The position numbers and the translations under genes were made by a program. DNA of 64,000 nucleotides, taken from Verrucomicrobiota bacterium. GTDB taxonomy: Bacteria; Verrucomicrobiota; Lentisphaeria; Oligosphaerales; Oligosphaeraceae. How positions within the stretch are numbered: position 1 is the stretch's first letter; each line of letters begins with the position of its first letter. Below the pieces are notes generated by a model, which was not told the origin of the DNA, ran no database searches, and worked only from the letters and a program-made list of their open reading frames with translations. Below are positions 1 to 9,853 of this stretch, piece by piece. The DNA lies in contig JAGVUR010000156.1 of assembly GCA_019136135.1 (NCBI GenBank), forward strand, positions 533 to 64,532. Direction: 5' to 3'.

Positions 1-613
1 AGGTTCCCTTGACGATTTTCGGGTTGAGTTCGGGCTTTTCGGTCGTGCCGTCCTTCATGTGGAGGAGGATGATTCGGTCGTAGTACTTCTTGACCATGTC
101 GGCCGCGTTGTTTGCCCCGAAGTTCGAGGACCAGTATGCATCGAGCTGGAATTTGATATTTGGGCAGAGTTCGACGAAGTAGTCGTACTTGAGTTTTCCG
201 TCGATCTTTTCGAATTCCCAGTAGTGGTTATGTTGGAAGAGTTCGAGTCCTGCCGCGCCGAGTTTTTCGATCATGATGTTTGTATCTTCGGCGGTTTTCT
301 TGATTGCGTCGAGGTTTTCGAAGTCTTTTGGTCCGTAGCCGCAAACGACTCTTGTGAGTCCGAGTTCGCCGGCCTGGTCGATCGATTCGTTGATATTGTT
401 GACATTGCACCATGGTCTGTGTGACGAGGTGATTTCGAGTCCCAGGTCAGACGCCGCCTTTTTGAAGTCCTTGATCGAGAGGTCGCCGAAGCCGCATGGT
501 TCGATGCCGATGAATCCGATGTCGGAAACCGTCTTCAGGACACTGAGCATGCCCAGCTTTTCGATTTCGTTCCGCAAAGAATACATCTGCACTGCCAATT
601 TCCGCTTAAACAT
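1..613 (-). CDS. sugar phosphate isomerase/epimerase (xylose-isomerase-like TIM barrel); C-terminus runs off the window
   Basis: Absent from the ORF track because no stop lies in the window. My translation of the minus strand from ATG at 613-611 reads MFKRKLAVQMYSLRNEIEKLGMLSVLKTVSDIGFIGIEPCGF...RIILLHMKDG and stays open to position 1. The call rests on family resemblance only. Confidence 0.65.
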   Translation of the reverse strand, partial: MFKRKLAVQMYSLRNEIEKLGMLSVLKTVSDIGFIGIEPCGFGDLSIKDFKKAASDLGLEITSSHRPWCNVNNINESIDQAGELGLTRVVCGYGPKDFENLDAIKKTAEDTNIMIEKLGAAGLELFQHNHYWEFEKIDGKLKYDYFVELCPNIKFQLDAYWSSNFGANNAADMVKKYYDRIILLHMKDGTTEKPELNPKIVKGT

Positions 614-719
614 CGTTTTCTCCTTGAATTCCTAACTTGTTGCCATTTCCGACGATACCTGTCGGATTTTGCCTAAAAAACTAAACCAATAATATAATCA
701 CGATGGGACTAGATTTCCA

Positions 720-1412
720 TTATGATCTCTTAAGCACATTGTACTTGAAGATGTACCACAATGCCGCGACTCCGTCTTTCCAGCCGATTTTCTTTCCTTC
801 ATCGTAAGGCCTTGCTTCGTATGAGATTGGGATTTCGTAGATTCTTGCTTTTCGTTTTGCGAGCTTTGCGGTGATTTCCGGTTCGAATCCGAACCGATTG
901 CATTCCAGTTCGAAGGACTTGAAGATGTCGGCCTTGATCATCTTGTAGCACGTTTCCATGTCGGTCAAATTGACATTGGAGAGTATATTTGAGAACAGGG
1001 TCAGCATCTTGTTTCCGAAGTAGTGCCAGAATGTATCGACCAGGATTTCTCGTCCCGAGTATCTCGATCCGAATACGGCATCCGCCTTGCCCTCCTCGAT
1101 CGGCTTGAGCATTGCGGGGAATTCATTTGGTGAATACTCCAGGTCTGCGTCCTGGATGACGACCACGTCTCCCGTGATGGCGGCCTGGGCGGTTCGTATT
1201 CCCGCGCCCTTGCCCTTGTTGTGCGGGTGGCGGAAGATCCTGAGGTCCGGCGACGGCGGCATGTCGTCCAGGATTTTTCCGGTTCCGTCCGTGGAGCAAT
1301 CGTCAACCACGATGATTTCCAGGTCTTGCACGCCGCAGTTTCGGACTGCATCGATGACCGTTTCTATGGTGCTCGCCTCGTTGTAGACGGGAATAATTAC
1401 AGATAACTTCAT
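720..1412 (-). CDS. family 2 glycosyltransferase (dolichyl-phosphate mannose synthase-like)
   Basis: MKLSVIIPVYNEASTIETVIDAV...IIVVDDCSTDGT...VVIQDADLEY are typical GT2 motifs (DxD). The ATG at 1412 is preferred over the GTG at 1421. Confidence 0.85.
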   Translation of the reverse strand: MKLSVIIPVYNEASTIETVIDAVRNCGVQDLEIIVVDDCSTDGTGKILDDMPPSPDLRIFRHPHNKGKGAGIRTAQAAITGDVVVIQDADLEYSPNEFPAMLKPIEEGKADAVFGSRYSGREILVDTFWHYFGNKMLTLFSNILSNVNLTDMETCYKMIKADIFKSFELECNRFGFEPEITAKLAKRKARIYEIPISYEARPYDEGKKIGWKDGVAALWYIFKYNVLKRS

Positions 1413-1552
1413 CGTGTTCACCAGGGAAAATTGTGGATTTAGCTTGTTTTCGGGGCGACAATGTCAGAAAAAACGGAAACAATGAATATATTATGGGAAA
1501 ATCGTTTTTGCAATGGGTTTATTGATGTTGTGGTAGAAGGTTTGGAATTGAC

Positions 1553-1909
1553 ATGAAGCATGAATTGACTTGCATCGGGTGTCCCAAGGGTTGTCGCATG
1601 ACGGCGACATTGGATGATGGGGTTGTGACCAGCGTGAACGGGCAAGGTTGTGCTCGCGGCGTGACCTACGCCCGTCAGGAGTGCGTCGATCCCCGCCGCA
1701 TGGTGACCTCGTTGATTCCGATTCCCGGCCATCGTCGTCCCTTGAGCGTCAAGACTGCCGAGGCGATACCGAAGGGTTCGATAGCGTCCTGCCTGGATGC
1801 GATTCACAACGCACGTGTCCAGTTGCCTGTCAGGATTGGCGACGTTGTGTTGTCAAACGTCGCGGGCACGGGCATTGACGTCGTCGCCACTGCCGACTAC
1901 CTTCAGTAG
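1553..1909 (+). CDS. DUF1667 domain protein
   Basis: MKHELTCIGCPKGCRMTA...GQGCARGVTYARQE...RIGDVVLSNVAGTGIDVVAT matches the characteristic DUF1667 Cys pattern and C-terminus. The partner oxidoreductases that usually accompany it are absent here. Confidence 0.8.
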   Translation: MKHELTCIGCPKGCRMTATLDDGVVTSVNGQGCARGVTYARQECVDPRRMVTSLIPIPGHRRPLSVKTAEAIPKGSIASCLDAIHNARVQLPVRIGDVVLSNVAGTGIDVVATADYLQ

Positions 1910-1911
1910 CT

Positions 1912-3168
1912 TTATTTTTCCGGGTAGAGGTATTTGAGCATCAGCAGCATCGCATGGACCTGGTGTTGGACGTTGTCAATTCTCACCAGGGGATTGTTGG
2001 GCGCCGCCGTGATGCCTCCGTAGGCTTGTTCGGGCACGTTTTTGAGTCCCATCAGGTAGGGGTTGTATTGCATCAGCGGTCCTTTGTATTGGCAGAGGGT
2101 CAGCCGCGCCATGATTGTTTCGAGCAGTGGCTTCAGCCTATCCTGCGCCTGTTTGTCTCCAATGATGTTGGCGCATCTCCATGCCGATGCGAGTCCTTCG
2201 ATTGCGTAGGCCACGTTTCCGCGTTTTGTCTCGATCAGGTTGTCGTCGATTTGCCACCATGCGAGTGCCAGCGCGGCGTCCGCGGCGAGTTTTGCGTGTG
2301 GTTCCCATCCTGCTTCGAGGTATTCCGCGAAGGACATTGATCCCCATTGGTAGAATCCCTTTGTGAGTTCCTGGTCTCCGTCGGGCTCCCATGTTTGGAC
2401 TGTATACCTGTGGATGAGCCTTGGGAGTGCGAAGTTGATTCTCCTGATCAGGTCTTTCCTGTTGAATTGCCGTGCGATCTTGCAGTATGCGAGCAGGGCT
2501 TCACCGTCGTAGTACGAGCTTGGCACTGGCTTTCTGATGCCTGAAGCAAGTTCATATGCTCGGGACCATGAACCGTCATCCAGTTCCATTGACCTTAGGA
2601 AGTTGACGTGCGTGAAGAGCAGTCTTCTGAACTTGTCCTTTGTGTTTTGGTCCAGGTACTTGTCCTGTCCTGCTAGGAAATCGGTCAGGGCCAGGCAGAA
2701 GAGGGCGACTGTGCCGGTGTTCAGGTTTTTTTCGCCCGGGTAGGTGATGACTGTTTCGCCTGTTGGGAGCGTTTTGACGTTGTTGATGAAGAAATCGAAT
2801 CCGAGCAGGACCGCCCTTCTTGTTGGTTCGTTGAAGAAATCCCTGTTGAGGCAGGAGAGTCCCCATAGTGCCCCGGCCTGGCGGACCTGGTTGTCGTCGT
2901 CGTCAACCATTCCTGTTGTGATATCCAGGAGGTAAGTGAAGTTGCCTGCCGGCTTTTGCTGGTTGAGATAGAACGTCCTTGCCGCCTCGATGGATTGGAT
3001 CAGGATATCCCGGGTCAGCGGCGGCACCTCGGCCCTGCGCTGCCAATACCCGTCCTCAAGATATTTCTGCAAGGACTCGGAGGTCTTCTCGATGCTCTCG
3101 AAGCTATTTGCTTGCCCAAATGATGGCAATGACAGCGCCATGCAGGCGACACACGCCAATCTCAACAT
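1912..3168 (-). CDS. secreted hypothetical protein
   Basis: Long ORF with a signal-peptide-like N-terminus, MLRLACVACMALSLPSFGQA, when started at the ATG at 3168. I could not recognise a confident family. Confidence 0.55.
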   Translation of the reverse strand: MLRLACVACMALSLPSFGQANSFESIEKTSESLQKYLEDGYWQRRAEVPPLTRDILIQSIEAARTFYLNQQKPAGNFTYLLDITTGMVDDDDNQVRQAGALWGLSCLNRDFFNEPTRRAVLLGFDFFINNVKTLPTGETVITYPGEKNLNTGTVALFCLALTDFLAGQDKYLDQNTKDKFRRLLFTHVNFLRSMELDDGSWSRAYELASGIRKPVPSSYYDGEALLAYCKIARQFNRKDLIRRINFALPRLIHRYTVQTWEPDGDQELTKGFYQWGSMSFAEYLEAGWEPHAKLAADAALALAWWQIDDNLIETKRGNVAYAIEGLASAWRCANIIGDKQAQDRLKPLLETIMARLTLCQYKGPLMQYNPYLMGLKNVPEQAYGGITAAPNNPLVRIDNVQHQVHAMLLMLKYLYPEK

Positions 3169-3326
3169 CCATATACCTGATCTAGCAATCACGACTTTTG
3201 CCCCTTTTGTTGAACGGCTCCCTAAAGAACTCTGTCCCCTTTCCTTGCCACAAACATTTCTTGAATTACATTAGTTCATTTTTTGTATTTTGCACCAAAA
3301 ACCAGGAAATTCAGTGCTTTAGGACA

Positions 3327-4142
3327 ATGGAACGGATCAATTTTCATACGCACACGTACTTGTGCAAGCATGCTGACGGGGTTCCCGCGGACTATTGCCG
3401 GGAAGCCATCGAACAAGGCGTTGCGGTATTGGGTTTCAGCGACCACACGCCTTATCCTGTGGAGCGCTGGAGCAGCGTGCGGATGGATATCGAACAGCTC
3501 CCGCAGTACGTGGAATGGATCCGCCAGGCGCAAGAAGACTTCCCGCAGTTGAAGATTGTCATGGGAATGGAGTGCGAATACGATCCCGAGTACATGAATT
3601 TTTTCATGGACGAGTTGGTTGGCAAGTGGGGATGCAAGTACTTGATAGGGGCGGCGCACCATTACCTGAGCAAGGGGGAATGGGTTGGCTTGTACGGTCG
3701 CTCGATGGACGATAGGCTTCTTTGGGACTACACGGATTATCTGGTCGAGGGGATTTCGAGCGGGAAATTCCTGTTTTGGGCGCATCCGGATGTTTTCGGC
3801 GTCTGCTATAGGGGTTGGACTTCGGAGGCTGACGCTTGTTGCAAGGCGATTTGCGAGGCGGCGGTGTCGGCTGACGTTCCCTTGGAGATCAATGGCTATG
3901 GGTTGCGGAAGCCGATGATCGAGGATTCAGGCGAAATGAGGTATCTCTATCCCCTTCGGAAGTTCTGGGATGTTGCCGGCGAGGTTGGAGTCAAGGTTGT
4001 TGTCTGCAGCGATGCCCATTCTCCGAAAGACGTTTGGAACAATACGGACGACTGCGTCGAATGGGCGGAGCGGGTAGGCTTGCAGGTGGTCAACGAGGAA
4101 TTGGCGCGCCAACTTGATTCACTTGATTTCGCGAAACCTTAA
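3327..4142 (+). CDS. PHP-family histidinol-phosphatase-like hydrolase
   Basis: MERINFHTHTYLCKHADG...LGFSDHTP...GMECEY...AHPD...CSDAH are PHP metal-ligand motifs. The ATG at 3327 was chosen by homology to the N-terminal HxH motif. Confidence 0.85.
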   Translation: MERINFHTHTYLCKHADGVPADYCREAIEQGVAVLGFSDHTPYPVERWSSVRMDIEQLPQYVEWIRQAQEDFPQLKIVMGMECEYDPEYMNFFMDELVGKWGCKYLIGAAHHYLSKGEWVGLYGRSMDDRLLWDYTDYLVEGISSGKFLFWAHPDVFGVCYRGWTSEADACCKAICEAAVSADVPLEINGYGLRKPMIEDSGEMRYLYPLRKFWDVAGEVGVKVVVCSDAHSPKDVWNNTDDCVEWAERVGLQVVNEELARQLDSLDFAKP

Positions 4143-4229
4143 CTATATATTTATTATTTTTAATTTCCCCGCCTTTATTCAGGTTTGGGATTGGAACATA
4201 GTTCGTGCCATCAGATTTACAGGAGCGAT

Positions 4230-4856
4230 ATGTTTGATAAATTGCGTCAGTTTGGTGTGGTTCCGGTGGTTGCCGTAGATGATGTCGACAACGGCTTGCG
4301 TCTTTGCGAGGCGTTGCTGTCAGGCGGATTGCCGGTTGCGGAGATTACCTTCAGGACGGCGGCGGCGGCGGATGTGATCCAAGCCGCGTCAAAGCGCTTC
4401 CCCGAATTATTGCTGGGAGCCGGAACGGTACTGACCACGGATCAGGTCGATCGGGCGATCCAGGCTGGAGCACGATTCGCAGTGGCGCCCGGATGCAATC
4501 CAACGGTTGTCCGCGCCGCGCAACGCCAAGGGCTTCCCTTCGCGCCAGGCGTATGCACGCCATCCGACGTGGAACGGGCGCTGGAACTCAAGTGCCAGTT
4601 GCTGAAATTCTTCCCGGCAGAGGCGTCGGGAGGCGTCCCCATGCTGAAGGCGCTCATCGGTCCCTATGGACATACTGGAATAGGTTTTTGCCCGACTGGC
4701 GGTGTGACGATCGCCAACATGAAGGACTACCTTGCGCTTCCGCAGGTCGCCTTCGTCGGAGGAACCTGGATCGCCAAGTCGGATTTGGTGAAAAAAGGTG
4801 ATTGGGCAGCGATAAGCGACCTTGCCAGGCAAGCCGTGGAGGCGGCGAGACGGTAG
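4230..4856 (+). CDS. eda: 2-dehydro-3-deoxyphosphogluconate / 4-hydroxy-2-oxoglutarate aldolase
   Basis: VVPVVAVDD...LPVAEITFRT...GAGTVL...FAVAPG...LLKFFPAEASGG...FCPTGGV is typical Eda. An AGGAG RBS precedes the ATG at 4230. Confidence 0.9.
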   Translation: MFDKLRQFGVVPVVAVDDVDNGLRLCEALLSGGLPVAEITFRTAAAADVIQAASKRFPELLLGAGTVLTTDQVDRAIQAGARFAVAPGCNPTVVRAAQRQGLPFAPGVCTPSDVERALELKCQLLKFFPAEASGGVPMLKALIGPYGHTGIGFCPTGGVTIANMKDYLALPQVAFVGGTWIAKSDLVKKGDWAAISDLARQAVEAARR

Positions 4857-4911
4857 GCCATGACATGCCGTCGAAATTCTCATTTTGATATTGTAGATTG
4901 AGGAGTTGAAA

Positions 4912-5835
4912 ATGTCATCACCAACATTGCTGGTTTTGGCTGCGGGTTTGGGCAGCAGATATGGAGCGGGCATCAAGCAGATGGATCCAGTTGGGCCGGA
5001 CGGCGAGTTCGTCCTTGACTATTCGGTTTACGATGCATGGAAGGCTGGATTTGGGAAGGTTGTTTTCGTCATACGCGAGGATTTGGAGGACGATCTGAAG
5101 GCTCATTTCCAGGATCGTCTTGTTGGGAAGGTTGACGTCGAGTATGTCGTCCAGGACATGAAGGCTTTGCCTGGCGGGGTTCAATGTCCCGGAAGGCGCG
5201 TCAAGCCCTGGGGTACAGGTCATGCGATTTGGAGCGCCCGGAATGCGATCAGCGGGCCTTTTGCGGCGATCAATGCCGATGACTACTACGGTTCCACGTC
5301 ATACGACTTGATGTCGCAATTCCTCGGTTCGCCGCAGTGCGACCCCACCAACTACGGGATGGTGGGATTCGAGCTCAACAAGACGCTTTCCGCCAATGGA
5401 ACCGTCTCCAGAGGCATCTGCGAAAAGACCCGCGAGGGCATTCTTGCCAGCGTCATCGAGAGAAAGGGAATCGAAAGCGTCGATGGCGAAATCCGTTGCC
5501 TCGCCGAGGATGGGCATGGGGTCATTCCATTGACGGGACGCGAAACGGCTTCGATGAACTTCTGGGGATTCCATCCGACCATCTTCGGACACCTAGACAG
5601 GCTTTTCGCCGAATTCTGGCAACGTGGATGCAAGGATTTGAAGGCCGAATACTATATCCCAACGGTTGTAGATACCCTGATCCAGCGTGAGGAAATCACG
5701 GTGAAGGTATTGGAAACCACGGATCGTTGGTTCGGCATGACCTACGCCGAGGACAGGGCCATTGTGAAGGAACGACTCAAGGACCTGACGGCGCTGGGCA
5801 TGTACCCGCATCGACTTTGGAACAGCAACTCCTAA
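4912..5835 (+). CDS. sugar-phosphate nucleotidyltransferase family protein
   Basis: LVLAAGLGSRYG (the G-x-G-x-R NTP-transferase loop) ...PWGTGHA...INADDYYG. AGGAG at 4901-4905 precedes the ATG at 4912. Confidence 0.75.
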   Translation: MSSPTLLVLAAGLGSRYGAGIKQMDPVGPDGEFVLDYSVYDAWKAGFGKVVFVIREDLEDDLKAHFQDRLVGKVDVEYVVQDMKALPGGVQCPGRRVKPWGTGHAIWSARNAISGPFAAINADDYYGSTSYDLMSQFLGSPQCDPTNYGMVGFELNKTLSANGTVSRGICEKTREGILASVIERKGIESVDGEIRCLAEDGHGVIPLTGRETASMNFWGFHPTIFGHLDRLFAEFWQRGCKDLKAEYYIPTVVDTLIQREEITVKVLETTDRWFGMTYAEDRAIVKERLKDLTALGMYPHRLWNSNS

Positions 5836-5894
5836 GGAAATTCCCTGCATTGTCGCAAAACATACAAACACAACAAGCCACGGAGAACGAAGCA

Positions 5895-7349
5895 ATGAAA
5901 GAAGTCTTCAAATTGGTAGCCCCCAAGACCGTACCTGTATTGGATCCCGATTTCAGGCCGCCTGTCCTATCCAATCGCGCTTTCCTCGCTGAGGTTGACG
6001 CTTCAGGTTGTGCGATTCCCTTCATCTTCGCCGTAGAGCGTGACGGTGGGAAAATCTCCCGCTTTGACACACGTATTTTTGACATGCGGCATCCCCGTGC
6101 GGCGGCGAATTTCTTCTACATCGAACGCACATTGAAGTTTTTGTTGTGGCAATTTGGCGGCTGGAAGGTCACGATCCACGGTCCGAAGGAACTGGTCAGC
6201 TACTTGGAGGCCTGCTACAGCACAACTGGAATCAGGCGTTTTGACGCGGAGTTCTGGGGCACACAGACCTACGAAAAGGAAATGCAGATCGTCCATGCCC
6301 CGACGCCCAGCGACGTTCCGAAGGCCAGCGATGGCGCGGGAATGGCCGTCAAGCTGGATTGGAAAGGCTGGAGAATCGGGTTCGACCTGGGCGCCAGCGA
6401 CCGCAAAGTCGCCGTGGTCAAGGACGGGAAGTTGGCGCTGAAGGCAGACGGCGAACCCGTCCTCAGCGAAGAATACGTCTGGGATCCCAGGCCTCAAACC
6501 AATATCCAATACCACTACGATGCAATCAACTGGATCCTGAAAGAAGCGGAAAAGGCGATCAAGGCGATCGACCCGAAGGCGAAAGTCGAAGCGATCGGCG
6601 GAAGTTCGGCGGGCGTGTACGTCGATGGACGCGTCAGAGTCGCATCGCTCTTCAGGGGCATCACCCCGCGTGAACGGTTCGATGCCGAAGCGGCGCCGAT
6701 ATTCAAGGAAATCGCCAAGCAGTGGGGTGTTCCGCTCCGCCTGGAAAACGATGGTGACGTGACCGCATTGGCGGGTTCGATCGCCTTGGGCGAGGGCGCG
6801 GTCCTCGGATTGGCGATGGGTTCGTCGCTGGCCGGCGGATACGTCGATGAAAACATGATGGTCAAGGGCTGGATGAACGAACTTGCCTTCGCGCCGGTTG
6901 ACTACAATCCCAACGCGGCGGTTGACGAATGGTCCCGGGATTTCGGCGTCGGAGCCAACTACTTCTCGCAACAGGCCGTGGCACGCCTGATCTACGCGGC
7001 CGGCATCGAGATGCCCGACATTGACCCGGCGGCGTTCCCGCTGAGGCTTGCTAGGGTTCAGGAGCTGATGCACAAGGGCGATCCAAGGGCGCGCAAGATC
7101 TACGAGACCATCGGCGTCTACTTGGGCTATACCATCGCCCATTACGCTGACTTCTACAAGCCGATCAAGCATGTCGAGGTGTTGGGACGCGTTGTTACTG
7201 GCGAAGGCGGCCAGATTATCCTCGACTTGGCCAAGAAGGTCCTCAAGGAAGAATTCCCCGAATTGGCGAACATCCACTTCTACGAACCCGACGAGCGCGA
7301 GAAGCGGCATGGACAAGCCGCGGCCGCCGCAAGCCTCCCATTGACCTGA
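5895..7349 (+). CDS. ROK/BadF-type (actin-fold) sugar-kinase-like protein with a roughly 190-aa N-terminal extension
   Basis: GFDLGASDRKVAVV...IGGSSAGVYV...LENDGDVTALAG...GSSLAGGY are sugar-kinase/actin-fold phosphate motifs. The ATG at 5895 was chosen because the upstream extension overlaps the previous gene. Confidence 0.7.
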   Translation: MKEVFKLVAPKTVPVLDPDFRPPVLSNRAFLAEVDASGCAIPFIFAVERDGGKISRFDTRIFDMRHPRAAANFFYIERTLKFLLWQFGGWKVTIHGPKELVSYLEACYSTTGIRRFDAEFWGTQTYEKEMQIVHAPTPSDVPKASDGAGMAVKLDWKGWRIGFDLGASDRKVAVVKDGKLALKADGEPVLSEEYVWDPRPQTNIQYHYDAINWILKEAEKAIKAIDPKAKVEAIGGSSAGVYVDGRVRVASLFRGITPRERFDAEAAPIFKEIAKQWGVPLRLENDGDVTALAGSIALGEGAVLGLAMGSSLAGGYVDENMMVKGWMNELAFAPVDYNPNAAVDEWSRDFGVGANYFSQQAVARLIYAAGIEMPDIDPAAFPLRLARVQELMHKGDPRARKIYETIGVYLGYTIAHYADFYKPIKHVEVLGRVVTGEGGQIILDLAKKVLKEEFPELANIHFYEPDEREKRHGQAAAAASLPLT

Positions 7350-7447
7350 GACCAATGCCCCTCGAAAAGGGCATTTGACGAATGCCGTCGCCGAGGCGGA
7401 ACGATAATCGGCGACGGCTGCATAACAACTTGCATGGATGTAGAACT

Positions 7448-8224
7448 ATGACAAACAAGGAACGCGACGAGTTTATTGCGGAACAGCTGAACAAGGGTGT
7501 CTCGCTCTCCGATGTCCAATCTGCCCTGGCAAAGGATTTCAATATCAAGATGACCTATTTCGAGCTCCGGATGGTCGCGATGGGGCTTGACGTTGACTGG
7601 GAGAAGCAAGACAAGCAAGTCCAGAAGCCGAAAGCCGATGCGGCTGGACCGGCGCATGCCGAGGAATCGGATGAGGAGTTTGAAGACGAGGAAGAGGACG
7701 AAAAGGACGTTCGCACGATGCCTGACTTCGTCCGAAAAAGCGCTGCCAACAAGCCGTTGGACGACGAGGATGAAGAGGACGATGAGGCGGCAGTCACCAT
7801 CGACGAGGTTCCGCTTGCTGGGTCGCAGCTTTCCGGCAAGGTCAAGTTTGCCTCTGGCGCATCGGGAATCTGGTTCCTGGGACCGCGTGGATTGGGCTAT
7901 GACTTGGACGAAGGCTCGGAGGAACCCAATGACGAAGACGTGGAAATCTTCCAGAAGCAACTCCAGGATGCCGTCAGGAAATACCAGGAGCAACTGAAGA
8001 GGGAAGAGGAGGCATCGCCAACGACCGTCGAAATTGACAAGGTGATGAGACCTGGCGTGCAGCTTTCCGGAAGCGTAGCGTTTGCCTCGGGCGCAACCGC
8101 AAAATGGGAAGTGGGAGCCAGGGGATTGCAGGTCATTCCTGATGATGATTCCGAAAAACCGACCCAGAAGGACATCATTTTCTTCCAGCGTGAACTCCAA
8201 AAGCACTTGAGCGGGCAAGCCTAA
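7448..8224 (+). CDS. acidic hypothetical protein with an internal duplication of about 65 aa
   Basis: The ORF has a D/E-rich linker and two similar modules: VTIDEVPLAGSQLSGKVKFASGASGIWFLGPRGLG...IFQKQLQ and VEIDKVMRPGVQLSGSVAFASGATAKWEVGARGLQ...FFQRELQ. Confidence 0.6.
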   Translation: MTNKERDEFIAEQLNKGVSLSDVQSALAKDFNIKMTYFELRMVAMGLDVDWEKQDKQVQKPKADAAGPAHAEESDEEFEDEEEDEKDVRTMPDFVRKSAANKPLDDEDEEDDEAAVTIDEVPLAGSQLSGKVKFASGASGIWFLGPRGLGYDLDEGSEEPNDEDVEIFQKQLQDAVRKYQEQLKREEEASPTTVEIDKVMRPGVQLSGSVAFASGATAKWEVGARGLQVIPDDDSEKPTQKDIIFFQRELQKHLSGQA

Positions 8225-8350
8225 TTGGTAAATGGCTGGAAAAATCCGCTCCAATGATTTGCCATATCCATTTCACGGGATATATTAAGCTCTTCAAATT
8301 ATTTTATCAAAGTCATTCATTTTGTAGGCACGTTGTAGTAAGGAAAAGGT

Positions 8351-8638
8351 ATGTCGGTCAAGATAAGACTTCGTCGTACTGGCAAGCGCAATCAAGCTTG
8401 CCATCGTATTGTTGTTGCGGACAGCCGCAGTCCCCGTGATGGTCGCTTTATCGAAGTGATTGGATTCTACGATCCCCGTCACGAGAACGAGAAGATTGAT
8501 TTGGAGCGTGTTGACTACTGGCTGCCTCGCGGCGCCCAGGTCAGCGACACGGTCAATAAGATCATCAAGCGCGCTCGCGAAGGCAAGTCCAGGGGCAGTG
8601 CCACCGCGGCAGCCGCAGCTGAAGAAACGCAGGCATAA
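8351..8638 (+). CDS. rpsP: 30S ribosomal protein S16
   Basis: MSVKIRLRRTGKRNQACHRIVVADSRSPRDGRFIEVIGFYDP. Confidence 0.95.
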   Translation: MSVKIRLRRTGKRNQACHRIVVADSRSPRDGRFIEVIGFYDPRHENEKIDLERVDYWLPRGAQVSDTVNKIIKRAREGKSRGSATAAAAAEETQA

Positions 8639-8659
8639 CCCTATGTTGGCAATAGAGCT

Positions 8660-9085
8660 ATGACGTTTTCATTTTGGAAAAAAATGTTTGGCAGCCAGTC
8701 TAGTGCTGGCACTGACGACCAGGTCGTTCCCGATGCTCCGGTTCGCGGATCTGTCGATTCCGAGCTTGAAGCGATCGAGTCTGGCGATGGAGTTGATCAG
8801 GTCGAGGACATAGAGGTTCAGGAATCGGGTCCAGCCAAGGTCAGCCGCCAGGGATTGGAAGATTTCGTCCTTTACGTTGCCCGTGCCTTAGTTGACAATC
8901 CCGATACGGTTGCTGTTTCGACGTTGGAGAAGGAGCGCCTGAGCGTGATTCAGATTCGTTGCGACAAGCCTGACATCGGGAAGATCATCGGCAAGAACGG
9001 CAAGACGATCGCGGCGTTGCGGTTGTTAGTCAGCGGTGCTGGTGGGCGTATCGGTCTTCGAATGACTGTTGACGTATTGGATTGA
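8660..9085 (+). CDS. KH-domain RNA-binding protein (YlqC-like) with an acidic N-terminal extension
   Basis: DKPDIGKIIGKNGKTIAALRLLV (GxxG KH motif). The position between rpsP and trmD is conserved. Confidence 0.8.
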   Translation: MTFSFWKKMFGSQSSAGTDDQVVPDAPVRGSVDSELEAIESGDGVDQVEDIEVQESGPAKVSRQGLEDFVLYVARALVDNPDTVAVSTLEKERLSVIQIRCDKPDIGKIIGKNGKTIAALRLLVSGAGGRIGLRMTVDVLD

Positions 9086-9116
9086 CGGATTTACGGCTCG
9101 CGAGGTAGCGTCAGCT

Positions 9117-9800
9117 ATGCGCATGCGGTTCGATATTGTTACCTTGTTCCCCGAGATATGCGAGTCGTCTCTTTGTGTTTCGATCATTGGTCGCGCCAGG
9201 AAGTCTGAGCTTGTAGAGATCAACACGATTGATTTGCGCAAGTATTCACACGACCGTCGTGGCACTGTCGACGACACGCCGTATGGCGGGGGATGCGGGA
9301 TGGTATTAAGGCCCGAGCCGTTGTTTGAATGTGTTGAGGACATCGCCGATGAGCGTGCTCACGTGGTGTTGATGACCCCCCAGGGTCGCAGGTTCACGCA
9401 GGAAGATGCGGTTCGTCTTTCCCGGTTGGATCATATCGTTTTGGTATGCGGTCATTACGAGGGTATTGACGAGCGGGCCAGGCAGGTATTGTTTGACGAG
9501 GAGTTGTCGCTTGGGGATTTCGTTCTCACGAATGGGGCGATTGCCGCCGTTGTGATGTGCGATGCGATAGTACGGTTGTTACCGGGTGTGCTTGGTGATG
9601 ACGAATCGTCTGTAGAGGAATCGTTTGGTGGCGATGAGCGGTTGTTGGAGTATCCGCAATACACACGCCCATATGAGTATCGTGGAATGAGAGTGCCGGA
9701 CGTGCTCCTGTCCGGGGACCATGAACAGATCAAGCAATGGCGGTTGGAGCAGCGTTATGTCCGTACTTCGGGCCGCCGTCCCGATCTGCTTGGTCAATGA
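9117..9800 (+). CDS. trmD: tRNA (guanine37-N1)-methyltransferase
   Basis: [11 protein letters not shown]...[13 protein letters not shown]...[11 protein letters not shown]...[11 protein letters not shown]. Confidence 0.95.
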   Translation: MRMRFDIVTLFPEICESSLCVSIIGRARKSELVEINTIDLRKYSHDRRGTVDDTPYGGGCGMVLRPEPLFECVEDIADERAHVVLMTPQGRRFTQEDAVRLSRLDHIVLVCGHYEGIDERARQVLFDEELSLGDFVLTNGAIAAVVMCDAIVRLLPGVLGDDESSVEESFGGDERLLEYPQYTRPYEYRGMRVPDVLLSGDHEQIKQWRLEQRYVRTSGRRPDLLGQ

Positions 9801-9853
9801 TGAACAGGAATACAGGTGAAGCAATGGAAAACAAGGAAGAAAAGAATCCGGGA

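Noticed and set aside
6003-7355. 450-aa minus-strand ORF covering the kinase-fold gene
   Set aside because: It is a shadow ORF antisense to a gene with clear family motifs. Its composition is Arg/Gly/Asp/Val-rich and repetitive, it resembles no family, and it has no RBS.
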